This document shows, piece after piece, positions 54,395 to 62,752 of a stretch of 64,000 nucleotides of DNA (the first letter of the stretch is position 1; each line of letters starts with the position of its first letter). The DNA lies in assembly GCA_035500505.1 (NCBI GenBank), contig DATJXE010000004.1, positions 50,230-114,229 on the forward strand. The letters run 5' to 3'. The notes below the pieces were generated by a model. The model was given only the letters and a program-made list of their open reading frames with translations. It had not been told where the DNA came from and searched no databases. Position numbers and translations under genes: made by a program. Origin of the DNA: Minisyncoccota bacterium (GTDB lineage Bacteria > Patescibacteriota > Minisyncoccia > Phycocordibacterales > UBA2100).

Positions 54395-56170
54395 CTAGCT
54401 CTCTCTGACGACCTTGAGGAAGACATCGTGCGGGATGTCGACCTTGCCGCGCGCGAGCATTTTCTTCTTGCCGCGCTTTTGCTTTTCCAGAAGCTTCATC
54501 TTGCGGGTGATGTCGCCACCGTAGAGGTAGCCGGTGACGTCCTTGCGCATCGCGCTTTTGCGACGCGACGCGATGATGCGACCATTGGCCTTCGCCTGGA
54601 TCTTCAGTTCGAACAATTGCTTCGGCAATAACTTCTCCAGTTTCTCCACGAGCTGTTCGGCCTCGAGTTGCACGCGACGTCTCGAAACAATGCGCGCGAA
54701 CGCCGGGACCGGCTCTTCCGCAACGAGAATGTCGAGCCGGACCACGTCGGCCTCGCGCAATCCGATAAGTTTGTAGCCGAGCGATCCGAATCCGGACGAA
54801 ACGCTCTTCAGTTTGTCGAAAAATCCGCGCATCAGTTCGCGCAGCGGCATTTCGGCCCGGAGTTCCACCTTGCCATCGGGCATCGTCACGGTGTTCCCCG
54901 TCTTCGCCTCGTGGTCATACAGGAGCTGCGAGATGCTACCCATGTACTCGCTCGGGGTGATGAGCGTGATATCGGCCCATAGCTCGCGTACCAATTTTGC
55001 CGTGCCGTCGTCGGGAAATTTGGCGGGAGAATAGATCTCTTCCACTGTCCCGTTCATCGTGGTTATTTCATAGACCGTGGTCGGCTGTGTTACCACCAGC
55101 TTCATATCGAACTCGCGACGCAAACGTTCGATGATTATCTCCAAGTGGAGCATGCCCAAAAACCCGCAGCGGAACCCGCGACCCATGATGCCGGAGGATT
55201 CTTCTTCGAATGAAAGCGAAGAGTCGGAAAGGCGCAGTTTGCCGAGCGCTTGGCGCAAGAGTGGCAGGTCATCTTGCGATTCCGGGTAGACGCTCGCCCA
55301 AATGACCGGCGTCGGGGCCATGTAGCCGCCGAGCGCCGACGCAGGTCGCTTCGCGTTGGCCACGGTGTCTCCTACGGAAGCGATGCCCGGCTTCTTAACG
55401 CCCGTCACGATGTAACCGATCTCCCCTTCCGTCAATTTCTCTGCGGGCTGCTCGTCCGGTGAAAGGGTTCCCACTTCAAGCGCCAGGAAATCCGCGTCTG
55501 CCGCGACGAAGCGGAGCGTATCGCCTTTCGCGAACGTCCCGCCGAATACGCGCAAATACACGATGATGCCGCGGTGATCGGAATAGCCGAAATCGAATAT
55601 GAGTCCTTGCGTGGCGTCGGTGTGCGAGGGCGGTGGAACGAGCTCGACCACGCGGTCGAGAAGTGCCGCGACTCCCTCGCCGGTCTTACCTGAAACACCG
55701 AGTATCGTCGACTCGTCGATCTCGAGGAGGAGCGCGAGTTCGCTCTTGATGTCGGCAACGCGGGCGTTCTTCGAGTCTATCTTCGACACGACCGGAATGA
55801 TGACGCGGTTGAGCGATCTCGCGACCTGCAGGACCGAAAGCGTTTGCGCCTGCACTCCTTGGGTCGCATCAACGAGGAGGATGACGCCTTCGACGGCCGT
55901 GAGCGCGCGGGACACTTCGTAGGCGAAATCGACGTGTCCGGGCGTATCGATAAGATTTAGTATGAAATCCTGCTCCTTGTAGTTCCAGCGCATTCGCACC
56001 GGCTGCATCTTGATAGTGATGCCGCGCTCGCGCTCGAGATCCATCCTGTCCAGCACCTGCTCCTGCATTCGTCGCGGTTCGATGGTGCCGGTCAGTTCAA
56101 GCATTCGGTCGGCAAGCGTGGATTTGCCATGGTCAATGTGGGCTATGATGGAAAAATTACGGATGTTCAT
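54395..56170 (-). CDS. lepA: elongation factor 4 (LepA)
   Basis: FSIIAHIDHGKSTLADR G1 motif and the LepA-specific C-terminal domain. 591 aa. Confidence 0.9.
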   Translation of the reverse strand: MNIRNFSIIAHIDHGKSTLADRMLELTGTIEPRRMQEQVLDRMDLERERGITIKMQPVRMRWNYKEQDFILNLIDTPGHVDFAYEVSRALTAVEGVILLVDATQGVQAQTLSVLQVARSLNRVIIPVVSKIDSKNARVADIKSELALLLEIDESTILGVSGKTGEGVAALLDRVVELVPPPSHTDATQGLIFDFGYSDHRGIIVYLRVFGGTFAKGDTLRFVAADADFLALEVGTLSPDEQPAEKLTEGEIGYIVTGVKKPGIASVGDTVANAKRPASALGGYMAPTPVIWASVYPESQDDLPLLRQALGKLRLSDSSLSFEEESSGIMGRGFRCGFLGMLHLEIIIERLRREFDMKLVVTQPTTVYEITTMNGTVEEIYSPAKFPDDGTAKLVRELWADITLITPSEYMGSISQLLYDHEAKTGNTVTMPDGKVELRAEMPLRELMRGFFDKLKSVSSGFGSLGYKLIGLREADVVRLDILVAEEPVPAFARIVSRRRVQLEAEQLVEKLEKLLPKQLFELKIQAKANGRIIASRRKSAMRKDVTGYLYGGDITRKMKLLEKQKRGKKKMLARGKVDIPHDVFLKVVRES

Positions 56171-56234
56171 AAGGACGCTTGTCCCGCCAGGGCGGGATTC
56201 ACCTCAAAAATCTAGCATTTTGGAGGCCCAAAGA

Positions 56235-57959
56235 CTACTTCACGTCGGAAGGCTCGATGGCAACGATCGCCGGCGCGTCGACGAACCTGCGCCTGAGCGC
56301 GCCCAGGACCTCCGAGAGTTCCCTGCTCTTCAAGAGCCGCAGCATGAAGACCGAGACCGCAATGCCGACGATGCCGGCCCCGGCGCCCTGCGCAAAAATA
56401 CCGAGGGTCGTGTTGATGGTGCCCACCTGCCCCGTCGCGGAAAGAATGATGTACGAAGCCGCTCCGCCTATCACGGAAGCCGCGAAGCTCTCGAAAAAGA
56501 GGCGTTGGAACGCGGCGCGGGAAACGGAAAAATCGTTGAGGAAAAAGGAGTAGCCGACGAAAAATTCTGCTATAGAACCGAGCGCGTACCCCAACGCGAG
56601 CATCAGAACACTGGTGCCGCTTATGTCGCTCACGCGCAAAAGCGCTTCCACGAAATTCCTGAAGAACAGGTTCTCGTGGAAAACGGCGAGGAGCGCGAAC
56701 GCGGAGATGACCGAAACCGCGATGTCAAAGAGCCCGAAATAGAAGGGTTTTTTGGTGTTGCCGATCGCATAGTAAGCGCGCGAGATAAGGAACGTTGCCG
56801 ATTGGGCCAAAAGCGAGAGAACGAAGAGCGCGAGCGCGGCCGCGGTGAGACGCGTCGCGCTCCAGTCGAATTGCCCAGCGCCGAGGATGGTGCGCACGAT
56901 CTGTGCGCGCAGGACAATGACGAAAACGGTGCAGGGCACCGACCAGAAGATGATGTGCCGGAGCGCGGCCTCGGCGTAGCGGGTGAATTCTTCTTTGGCC
57001 CCCTTTGCATAGAGACGCGCGAACGTCGGGAACGCGGCGACCGAATACGAAATGCCGATGATGGTCAAAGGGACCGACTGCAGGTTGTAAGAAAAGTTGA
57101 ACACCGCGATCGAGCCCGGCGCCAAGAAGGACGCGAGCGCGATGATGATGAGGAGCGATATCTGATTGGACGCGAGCGCGAGCGTGCGCGGGATGGAGAG
57201 TGCCAGGATCTCTTTCGTCAGCGAAACGAGCCGCGGCAACTCCACGCGCCCTTCGCCTTTTTCGCCGAAAAAGAACGGCAACTGCACCGCCATGTGGAGG
57301 AAAGCGCCGAAGACGACGCCGAGCCCCAGCCCCGCAATGCCGAAGCGCGGGTACAGCGCGACCGCGCCGAAGATGATGCCGAGGTTATAGAGGAGCGGCG
57401 AAATGGAGTAGAGAAGGAATCGATGCCGCAGCTGCGTGAGCGACGAGATGGTGTTAGAGATGCCCAAGAGGATCGGCTGGAGAAGGAGGATGCGAATGAG
57501 CAGAACGAGGTCGGTGCGCGATGCCGCGTCAGAAAGCCCCGGTGCGATGACAGGCAACAAAAGCGGCGCGAGCGCATAGGCGACCAGCGAGAAGAACGTC
57601 ATGCCCAGCAGAAAGACGAACGTGAGGTCGCGCAAGAACGAGATCATGAGGCCCTTCCGTTCTTCCTCAAGTCGGGAGAGAATGGGCAAAAGCGCGTAGA
57701 GCGAGAAGAGCGACGCGATGGTGGCGAAGAGAAAATCCGGCACGCGGAAGGCTGCGTAGTAAAGATCGAGCGTGTGCCCCGCGCCGAACGACGCGGCCAA
57801 TATCCTGTCGCGCAGGAGGCCGATCACCTGCGATGCGAACGCGAAGGCAGCGAGAAGGTACGCAGCCTCGTGCATGCCGCGAGTCTCGGATGCAAAAAAG
57901 CGCCACGCGCGGGAGGTAAGGTAGGCGCCGCTGTTTCGGACTCGTTCGAATGGCGACAT
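56235..57959 (-). CDS. murJ: lipid II flippase MurJ (MviN)
   Basis: 14-TM MOP-superfamily protein. Start MSPFERVRNS. The motif RILAASFGAG is typical of MurJ. Confidence 0.8.
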   Translation of the reverse strand: MSPFERVRNSGAYLTSRAWRFFASETRGMHEAAYLLAAFAFASQVIGLLRDRILAASFGAGHTLDLYYAAFRVPDFLFATIASLFSLYALLPILSRLEEERKGLMISFLRDLTFVFLLGMTFFSLVAYALAPLLLPVIAPGLSDAASRTDLVLLIRILLLQPILLGISNTISSLTQLRHRFLLYSISPLLYNLGIIFGAVALYPRFGIAGLGLGVVFGAFLHMAVQLPFFFGEKGEGRVELPRLVSLTKEILALSIPRTLALASNQISLLIIIALASFLAPGSIAVFNFSYNLQSVPLTIIGISYSVAAFPTFARLYAKGAKEEFTRYAEAALRHIIFWSVPCTVFVIVLRAQIVRTILGAGQFDWSATRLTAAALALFVLSLLAQSATFLISRAYYAIGNTKKPFYFGLFDIAVSVISAFALLAVFHENLFFRNFVEALLRVSDISGTSVLMLALGYALGSIAEFFVGYSFFLNDFSVSRAAFQRLFFESFAASVIGGAASYIILSATGQVGTINTTLGIFAQGAGAGIVGIAVSVFMLRLLKSRELSEVLGALRRRFVDAPAIVAIEPSDVK

Positions 57960-57980
57960 GGTGAGCCGAGTATACAGCAA

Positions 57981-58004
57981 AATGGCCCCGAGGGGCCATT
58001 TTGC
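57981..58004. terminator. perfect GC hairpin with A/T flanks 22 nt upstream of murJ start
   Basis: AAAATGGCCCC-GA-GGGGCCATTTT, followed on the minus strand by TATACT and the murJ ATG. Confidence 0.4.
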
Positions 58005-58042
58005 TGCGCCCATACTCGCTACACTCGTTTCGACTTGCTCAT

Positions 58043-58077
58043 TCGGAAACGAAAAAGCGAAGCTTTTTCGCTTCGCT
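58043..58077 (-). terminator. intrinsic terminator of rnpB
   Basis: Minus strand AGCGAAGC-GAAAAA-GCTTCGCT followed by TTTTCGTTT. Confidence 0.6.
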
Positions 58078-58424
58078 CATTTCGCTGCGTCGATAAGCCG
58101 GATTCTGTCGAGGGCAGCCATGTATCTGGGATGGTCGTTGCCGACCACCTCAAGCGACACTTTCGTGAGGCCCAATTGGTTCCCCACGAACACGGCCTTG
58201 CACGCGGGTAGGATTTTTGCCGTTGCACCTCCGAGTTACCTTCGGAGCTGTTCTGCGCAAGGTTGAACCTTGCTCAGAACCCCTTACCTCTCGGCTCGGG
58301 CGTCTCTGTTCGCATCCCTATCCTCGCGGACGGCGGGCGTTACCCGCTACCTTCTTAACATCTCGCGATGTGCGTGTCCGGACTTTCCTCCGCGTTTGAC
58401 GCGGCGACTGCCTGGCGCAGACAG
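58078..58424 (-). ncRNA. rnpB: RNase P RNA, bacterial type A
   Basis: Minus strand carries CAGGCAGUCGCCGC (P2/P3), the universally conserved GGAGGAAAGUCCGGAC (P4/CR-I), GGUAACGCC, GCGAACAGAGAC, AGGUAAGGGGU and 3' ACAGAAUCCGGCUUAUCGACGCAG (P4'/P1). Ends are approximate (+/-5 nt). Confidence 0.8.
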
Positions 58425-58446
58425 ATAAAATACCACGCGCCAGAGG

Positions 58447-58932
58447 TTATGGCAACGTCGCCGTATCCCCCACTTTGATCCCATAGGTGGCCGCAAAGTT
58501 CGCCGGCACTTCGAGCACGTAGCGCGAAGGAGCATCAGGCCCGAAGGCTTCCGGGTAGGTGTCTGGCGAAACATGTGGCTGGATGTAGATGACGGTGCCG
58601 TCCTGTGAGAGCCATATCATGTCTATCGAAAACTCCATGTCTTTCATCCAGAACATGTGCTGCGCATTACTCGGGAAGATGAACAGCATGCCGGCGTGGT
58701 CTGCCAGCCCCGCGCGACCGCCGAGGCCGAGTTCCTGTTGTGCGGGGGTTTCTTCGAGTTCGACGGAGATCGTTTGCCCGTCGATCATGACAACGGGTCG
58801 TTGCGTTGCCGCAGGTGCGGGAGCACTCGCCTGAGGCAGGTTGTACCAAACTTCAAAACCGACCGCCGCTATAATGACGACCGCGAGAAGCACGAGCGCG
58901 TTCTTGTTGTGCTTTCTATTCGTTTCCGACAT
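58447..58932 (-). CDS. DUF192 (COG1430) domain protein
   Basis: A signal/TM helix is followed by MLFIFP...FWMKDMEFSIDMIWL...GTVIYI, typical of DUF192. Confidence 0.6.
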   Translation of the reverse strand: MSETNRKHNKNALVLLAVVIIAAVGFEVWYNLPQASAPAPAATQRPVVMIDGQTISVELEETPAQQELGLGGRAGLADHAGMLFIFPSNAQHMFWMKDMEFSIDMIWLSQDGTVIYIQPHVSPDTYPEAFGPDAPSRYVLEVPANFAATYGIKVGDTATLP

Positions 58933-59383
58933 AAGAACCGGGACCCTGGGTGTTGTAAGAATTTTGGACGAAAAGCACGGAGGTATACAGCAATATCAAC
59001 GCCATCACGAGGAACGACACGAGCCAGTAGAACGCGTCGATGAGGTAGAGACGTACGGGCTTTTGGTCCCATAAAACCTGCCCCAGGAGCGTCGGCGCGC
59101 AAAATCCTACCCAACACCAAAGGCCGAGCTCAAGCGCGCCCGCCCAATCGTACACTTGTCGGGCGATGCCGAAATACGCCATCACATATGCGACGAGCAT
59201 GCTCGCGAGAAGCCCGAACAACGCGACGACCCACAGCCTTTTTTTGCCGAGTTCGATCTGCTCCGGCGAGAGATTCGTAAGCCGCATCCACGTTCCTCCG
59301 AATACGCGGGGACTGTACCACACCCACCCGATGAGAACCGACGCTACTCCTGCCAGCAAGATGGGCACAAAGGCGACGATCAT
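58916..59383 (-). CDS. DUF1761-like membrane protein
   Basis: 4 TM helices. Start MIVAFVPILL. It overlaps the DUF192 start by ~17 nt. Confidence 0.45.
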   Translation of the reverse strand: MIVAFVPILLAGVASVLIGWVWYSPRVFGGTWMRLTNLSPEQIELGKKRLWVVALFGLLASMLVAYVMAYFGIARQVYDWAGALELGLWCWVGFCAPTLLGQVLWDQKPVRLYLIDAFYWLVSFLVMALILLYTSVLFVQNSYNTQGPGSYVGNE

Positions 59384-59598
59384 GCGAGTATGATACCGCA
59401 CGCGCGCGGCCCGCGCAGGCATGGTATGCACAGGCGGAGTATCTCCACCGGTCCAAAACTATCGTGCTAGCATCAGGTATGAAATTGCGGGTCATTACGG
59501 GAAAAAAGCTCTCTAAAGCTCGAAGAAAACACATCGCTGCTCACAAAAGGCCACACGAAAGCCAGATAAAATCCTGATAAAGTGCCGATGCGAAGATC

Positions 59599-60285
59599 AT
59601 GAATATGCGCGTACTCATCGTCGAAGATGAAAAGAGAATAGCGGACTTTCTCAAAGAATCGCTTGAGGCGGAATATTTCGCCGTGGACGTCGTCGATGAC
59701 GGCGACAAGGGTGCCTATTATGCGCAAATAAACGACTACGATCTCATCATCCTCGACATCATGTTGCCCAAGAAGGACGGATTTGAGGTCCTGCACGAAC
59801 TGCGGAGCGTCGGCATCACGATCCCCATCCTGGTACTCTCGGTCAAGAGCGAAACGGTCAAGAAAGTCGACTTCCTCAACGCGGGGGCCGATGATTACCT
59901 CACCAAGCCGTTCGTGTTGAGCGAACTCCTTGCTCGCATCCGAGCGCTTTTGCGGCGGCCGCAAAAGACCGAGGCTGAAGTATTCGCAGTGGGCGACCTA
60001 ACGCTGAACGTAAAGGCCGGAAAGGTCACGCGCGGCAAAAGGGATATATATCTTACGCGAAAAGAATTCATGCTTCTGCGCTACCTCATGCAGAATGAAG
60101 GCTCCATCATCTCGCGCGGCATGATACTCGAACACGTCTGGGACATGAGTGCCGACATCTTTTCAAACACGATAGAATCGCACATCTTGAGCCTCCGGAA
60201 GAAGCTCGGCGATACCGGCAAAACCCGCCTCATCCAGACTGTTCCTGGGCGAGGCTACAAGATAGAGGCCCCGCTTACTTCTTAG
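59599..60285 (+). CDS. OmpR-family response regulator (REC + winged-helix)
   Basis: Receiver domain with D9/D10, the phospho-acceptor D53 (LIILDIMLP) and K103. The C-terminal trans_reg_C domain is present. No histidine kinase gene is adjacent. Confidence 0.85.
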   Translation: MNMRVLIVEDEKRIADFLKESLEAEYFAVDVVDDGDKGAYYAQINDYDLIILDIMLPKKDGFEVLHELRSVGITIPILVLSVKSETVKKVDFLNAGADDYLTKPFVLSELLARIRALLRRPQKTEAEVFAVGDLTLNVKAGKVTRGKRDIYLTRKEFMLLRYLMQNEGSIISRGMILEHVWDMSADIFSNTIESHILSLRKKLGDTGKTRLIQTVPGRGYKIEAPLTS

Positions 60286-60391
60286 CCTCCTTGTGCACCG
60301 TTTGCTTACGGCACCACTTGCAGTACTTCTTAGTGCTACGTGCAGCAATACAAATGAGAAGACCACCGTACCGAGAGGCGCGATGGCTTCT
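60278..60391 (-). pseudogene. ribosomal protein L33 C-terminal fragment (attR-like remnant of rpmG 3' end)
   Basis: Its last 18 codons (KKYCKWCRKQTVHKEAKK*) are identical in protein to rpmG. There are 7 nucleotide differences, all synonymous. There is no start codon: an in-frame TAG lies 38 codons upstream, and the upstream part is unrelated to L33. Confidence 0.55.
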
Positions 60392-60418
60392 CTAACGGTG
60401 GTCTCGTGTTCGCGGCGA

Positions 60419-60886
60419 CTACGTAATGCCCGCCGCCATTGCTTCAATCGCCATCGCCCCCGAGCGCATGCTGCCGGCGGAAATCTTCGATGGATCCCGC
60501 ATTGCCAGCGCGCCCATTTTCAGGAGTTCGACTAAGTCGGTCTTCGTGCAGTTTCCCGGCAATGTGACCGTGACGTTGCGCCGATCCATATTGATCCGAT
60601 CGGCGATCCGCTCCATCCCCGCCAAGGCGGATTGGAACAGGAGGAAGATGGCGACTTCACGTTCGTTGACACGTATGCCAAGAATGGCTCCGTCGCGGTA
60701 GATGACAGCGCCCTGCATGCCCCGCGGCGCTTCATCGCACACGACGGCGCCGAGATGATGTGCAATCGCCTCGTTGGTCATGGTGTCGTCGTGGAGCTGA
60801 AACCAGACCGCCGAATTGAGCAGGGTCTTGGTGCCAGGCATTTTGGGCGTTCTCTTGCCGGAGGCAGGAGTGGCTTGGGTCTGCAT
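60419..60886 (-). CDS. hypothetical protein (155 aa), cargo gene 3 of rpmG-associated insertion
   Basis: AAGGAG RBS 7 nt upstream of the ATG. No recognizable domain. Confidence 0.45.
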   Translation of the reverse strand: MQTQATPASGKRTPKMPGTKTLLNSAVWFQLHDDTMTNEAIAHHLGAVVCDEAPRGMQGAVIYRDGAILGIRVNEREVAIFLLFQSALAGMERIADRINMDRRNVTVTLPGNCTKTDLVELLKMGALAMRDPSKISAGSMRSGAMAIEAMAAGIT

Positions 60887-61044
60887 GGTGTTTCTCCTTC
60901 GCAGTCTGGACCCTCTTGTCCGCGCGGCACTATGTCATAAAAGTGCACTGATAGCAACAGACAGCGTCAGTCGCATGCGAAGGAAAGATGAAATTATTTG
61001 AGGTCAACATTCCCGCAACGGACTCGACCAACGAAGAAAAACTT

Positions 61045-61081
61045 GAATAACAAAAAAGGAGGCCCGCGTCGAGCGCGGGCC
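61045..61081 (-). terminator. intrinsic terminator after the 162-aa gene
   Basis: Minus strand GGCCCGCG-CUCGA-CGCGGGCC followed by UCCUUUUUUGUU. Confidence 0.55.
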
Positions 61082-61106
61082 GTTGATCGAAGAGCGAGCT
61101 GCGCCG

Positions 61107-61595
61107 TCAGTCGCTCTCGGGATCCCTGAAGTAGAACTCGACAATCGACATATATCGGTTATCGCGGAGCAGTTTCCGCGCGTCCTTGCGGCTCATGTCG
61201 CCGCACCCGACCGCGAGCATCGCCCCAGCGATTTCATCCACGTCGGGGAGGTAGCCGGAAAAACCGTATTCGTTCTCGTTGCCGCTGACCGCTCCGGCGT
61301 ATTTCTCCTCGCTTTCGTTCATGCTCTGGCGGCTGAGACGGTGTCCGAGATCGCGGAACTCGAACAGGCGGCGGCACTTCTCGCGGCTCAGCCGGTCGTA
61401 CTTCTCGCGCTTGTCGAGCTTCGGCACGTCGCCCACAAGCCCACCGGCAATCGGTGTGCCTTGATGAGACACGCAGAAATATGCGCCGTCACGGCCTTGC
61501 ATCCCCTCATAGTCCCTGAGCAGAGCTTGAACGACTCCGGCGACGTATGTCGCTCGGGACGCGAAGGTGAAATAGTCAGGTAATCGGTCGCTCAT
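61107..61595 (-). CDS. hypothetical protein (162 aa), cargo gene 2
   Basis: GGGGAG RBS. The start codon lies 12 nt after the upstream gene's TGA. No recognizable domain. Confidence 0.5.
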   Translation of the reverse strand: MSDRLPDYFTFASRATYVAGVVQALLRDYEGMQGRDGAYFCVSHQGTPIAGGLVGDVPKLDKREKYDRLSREKCRRLFEFRDLGHRLSRQSMNESEEKYAGAVSGNENEYGFSGYLPDVDEIAGAMLAVGCGDMSRKDARKLLRDNRYMSIVEFYFRDPESD

Positions 61596-61607
61596 GGTGA
61601 ACTCCCC

Positions 61608-61787
61608 TCATTGCATCACGTAGCCACTGCCATACTTACAGGGCGTACCGTCAGACCTGTCGTGCTTCACGAATCTCAGGCCTGCCTTGTTGCTGCCATA
61701 AGCCAGGGATTCGGCAGATACATTTGGATCCTCCGCGACGTTTTGTTCGGTCTTGCAGAAAGGACAGATTTCTTTGCCCTCGCGCAT
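61608..61787 (-). CDS. small hypothetical protein (59 aa, CxxC-containing), cargo gene 1
   Basis: AGGAG RBS 8 nt upstream of the ATG. N-terminal ICPFCK. Its stop TGA overlaps the RBS of the next gene. It is below the track length cutoff in part (the track shows overlapping alternative-frame ORFs). Confidence 0.4.
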   Translation of the reverse strand: MREGKEICPFCKTEQNVAEDPNVSAESLAYGSNKAGLRFVKHDRSDGTPCKYGSGYVMQ

Positions 61788-61816
61788 GGTGTAAACTCCT
61801 CTGTTTCGCGGCCTGC

Positions 61817-61845
61817 AAAATAACTATTCCAGCGAGTATTGTCAA
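61817..61845 (-). promoter_or_regulatory. sigma70-like promoter for the three-gene cassette
   Basis: Minus strand TTGACA-17 nt-TATTTT ends 30 nt upstream of the ATG at 61787. Palindromes CGCACAATGTGTGTTGTGCG and GAGCGAGATCTCGCTC lie just upstream (61861-61895). Confidence 0.35.
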
Positions 61846-61912
61846 TTAGATGAGGCGAATCGCACAATGTGTGTTGTGCGAGCGAGATCTCGCTCATTCG
61901 AGCGAGACGGTT

Positions 61913-62071
61913 TTACTTTTTAGCCTCCTTGTGTACGGTCTGTTTCCTGCACCACTTGCAGTACTTCTTGAGTTCAATTTTGCGCTCGACGAGCTTGCGG
62001 TTCTTGCGCGACCAATAGTTGATGCGGCCGCACTTTGAGCAAGCAAGTTTTATGAGTTGATCTTGTGACAT
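61913..62071 (-). CDS. rpmG: 50S ribosomal protein L33
   Basis: MSQDQLIKLACSKCGRINYWSRKNRK..ELKKYCKWCRKQTVHKE. Zn-ribbon L33 (two CxxC). The track ORF extends upstream to 62137. Confidence 0.85.
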   Translation of the reverse strand: MSQDQLIKLACSKCGRINYWSRKNRKLVERKIELKKYCKWCRKQTVHKEAKK

Positions 62072-62140
62072 AGGAATATATCGCGCCCGCCTCTTCGGCG
62101 GGCAAGGCACTATAACGCACAGGAGCTTGATGGTCAAACC

Positions 62141-62542
62141 TCACGGCTGCGAACACAACGTGTTCCAGGACGCGTTCGTGGTGAGCGCTGCCATGATGAC
62201 GCTCACGATGATCCAGGCGGTGAGGATAAGCACGAGTCCGATGGTGACGTTCCAGAATATCTTCTTTGCCTGCGAAACCTGCGCCGTATTACCCGAAGAA
62301 GAACCGATGATCATGTTCCACCCTGCCCAAGCAAAGAGGATGGCCGAAAGGAAGATGGCGATGTAGATGCCGTCGGTGAGCGCATTCTGGGCAAGCTGCG
62401 CGAGATCGCAGATAGACTGGCAGCCGCCCGCCCCTTTGCAGCTGTCCGGAACGATGGAAACGAGCCCAAGCGCGGAGGAGAGGGTCGGCGCGAGCGTGAG
62501 CAACGTGAGAAGAGCGACGATCGCGAATCTTCGCTTTACCAT
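62141..62542 (-). CDS. TrbC/VirB2-like pilin family small membrane protein
   Basis: A signal peptide is followed by a Cys-rich segment and two hydrophobic helices separated by a short loop (IYIAIFLSAILFAWAGWNMI ... VTIGLVLILTAWIIVSVIMAAL). This matches the VirB2/TrbC topology. Confidence 0.45.
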   Translation of the reverse strand: MVKRRFAIVALLTLLTLAPTLSSALGLVSIVPDSCKGAGGCQSICDLAQLAQNALTDGIYIAIFLSAILFAWAGWNMIIGSSSGNTAQVSQAKKIFWNVTIGLVLILTAWIIVSVIMAALTTNASWNTLCSQP

Positions 62543-62593
62543 GGCGAATATTGTAGCACGCGCGAAAGTACGGCATACTGCTCATGTTCCCAC

Positions 62594-62676
62594 GCGTCGG
62601 TGGCGGAGTGGTCAAACGCACTTGGCTGTAAACCAAGCGCCTTCGGGCTACGCAGGTTCGAATCCTGCCCGGCGCA
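62594..62676 (+). tRNA. tRNA-Tyr (anticodon GUA), type II with long variable arm
   Basis: Acceptor GCGTCGG/CCGGCGC (one G-U), 3-bp D-stem, anticodon loop CUGUAAA, 14-nt variable arm and T-loop TTCGAAT. Discriminator A. Confidence 0.8.
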
Positions 62677-62752
62677 CAAAACAAAGGAGACCGACGCATG
62701 CCGTCGGACGACTATTGTTTTGCAGCTGCCGGCTTGGCCGAATCCTCACCCT

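Noticed and set aside
56010-58211. 733-aa plus-strand ORF
   Set aside because: It is antisense to murJ and overlaps the RNase P RNA. The composition is RE/RD-rich low complexity. It is spurious.
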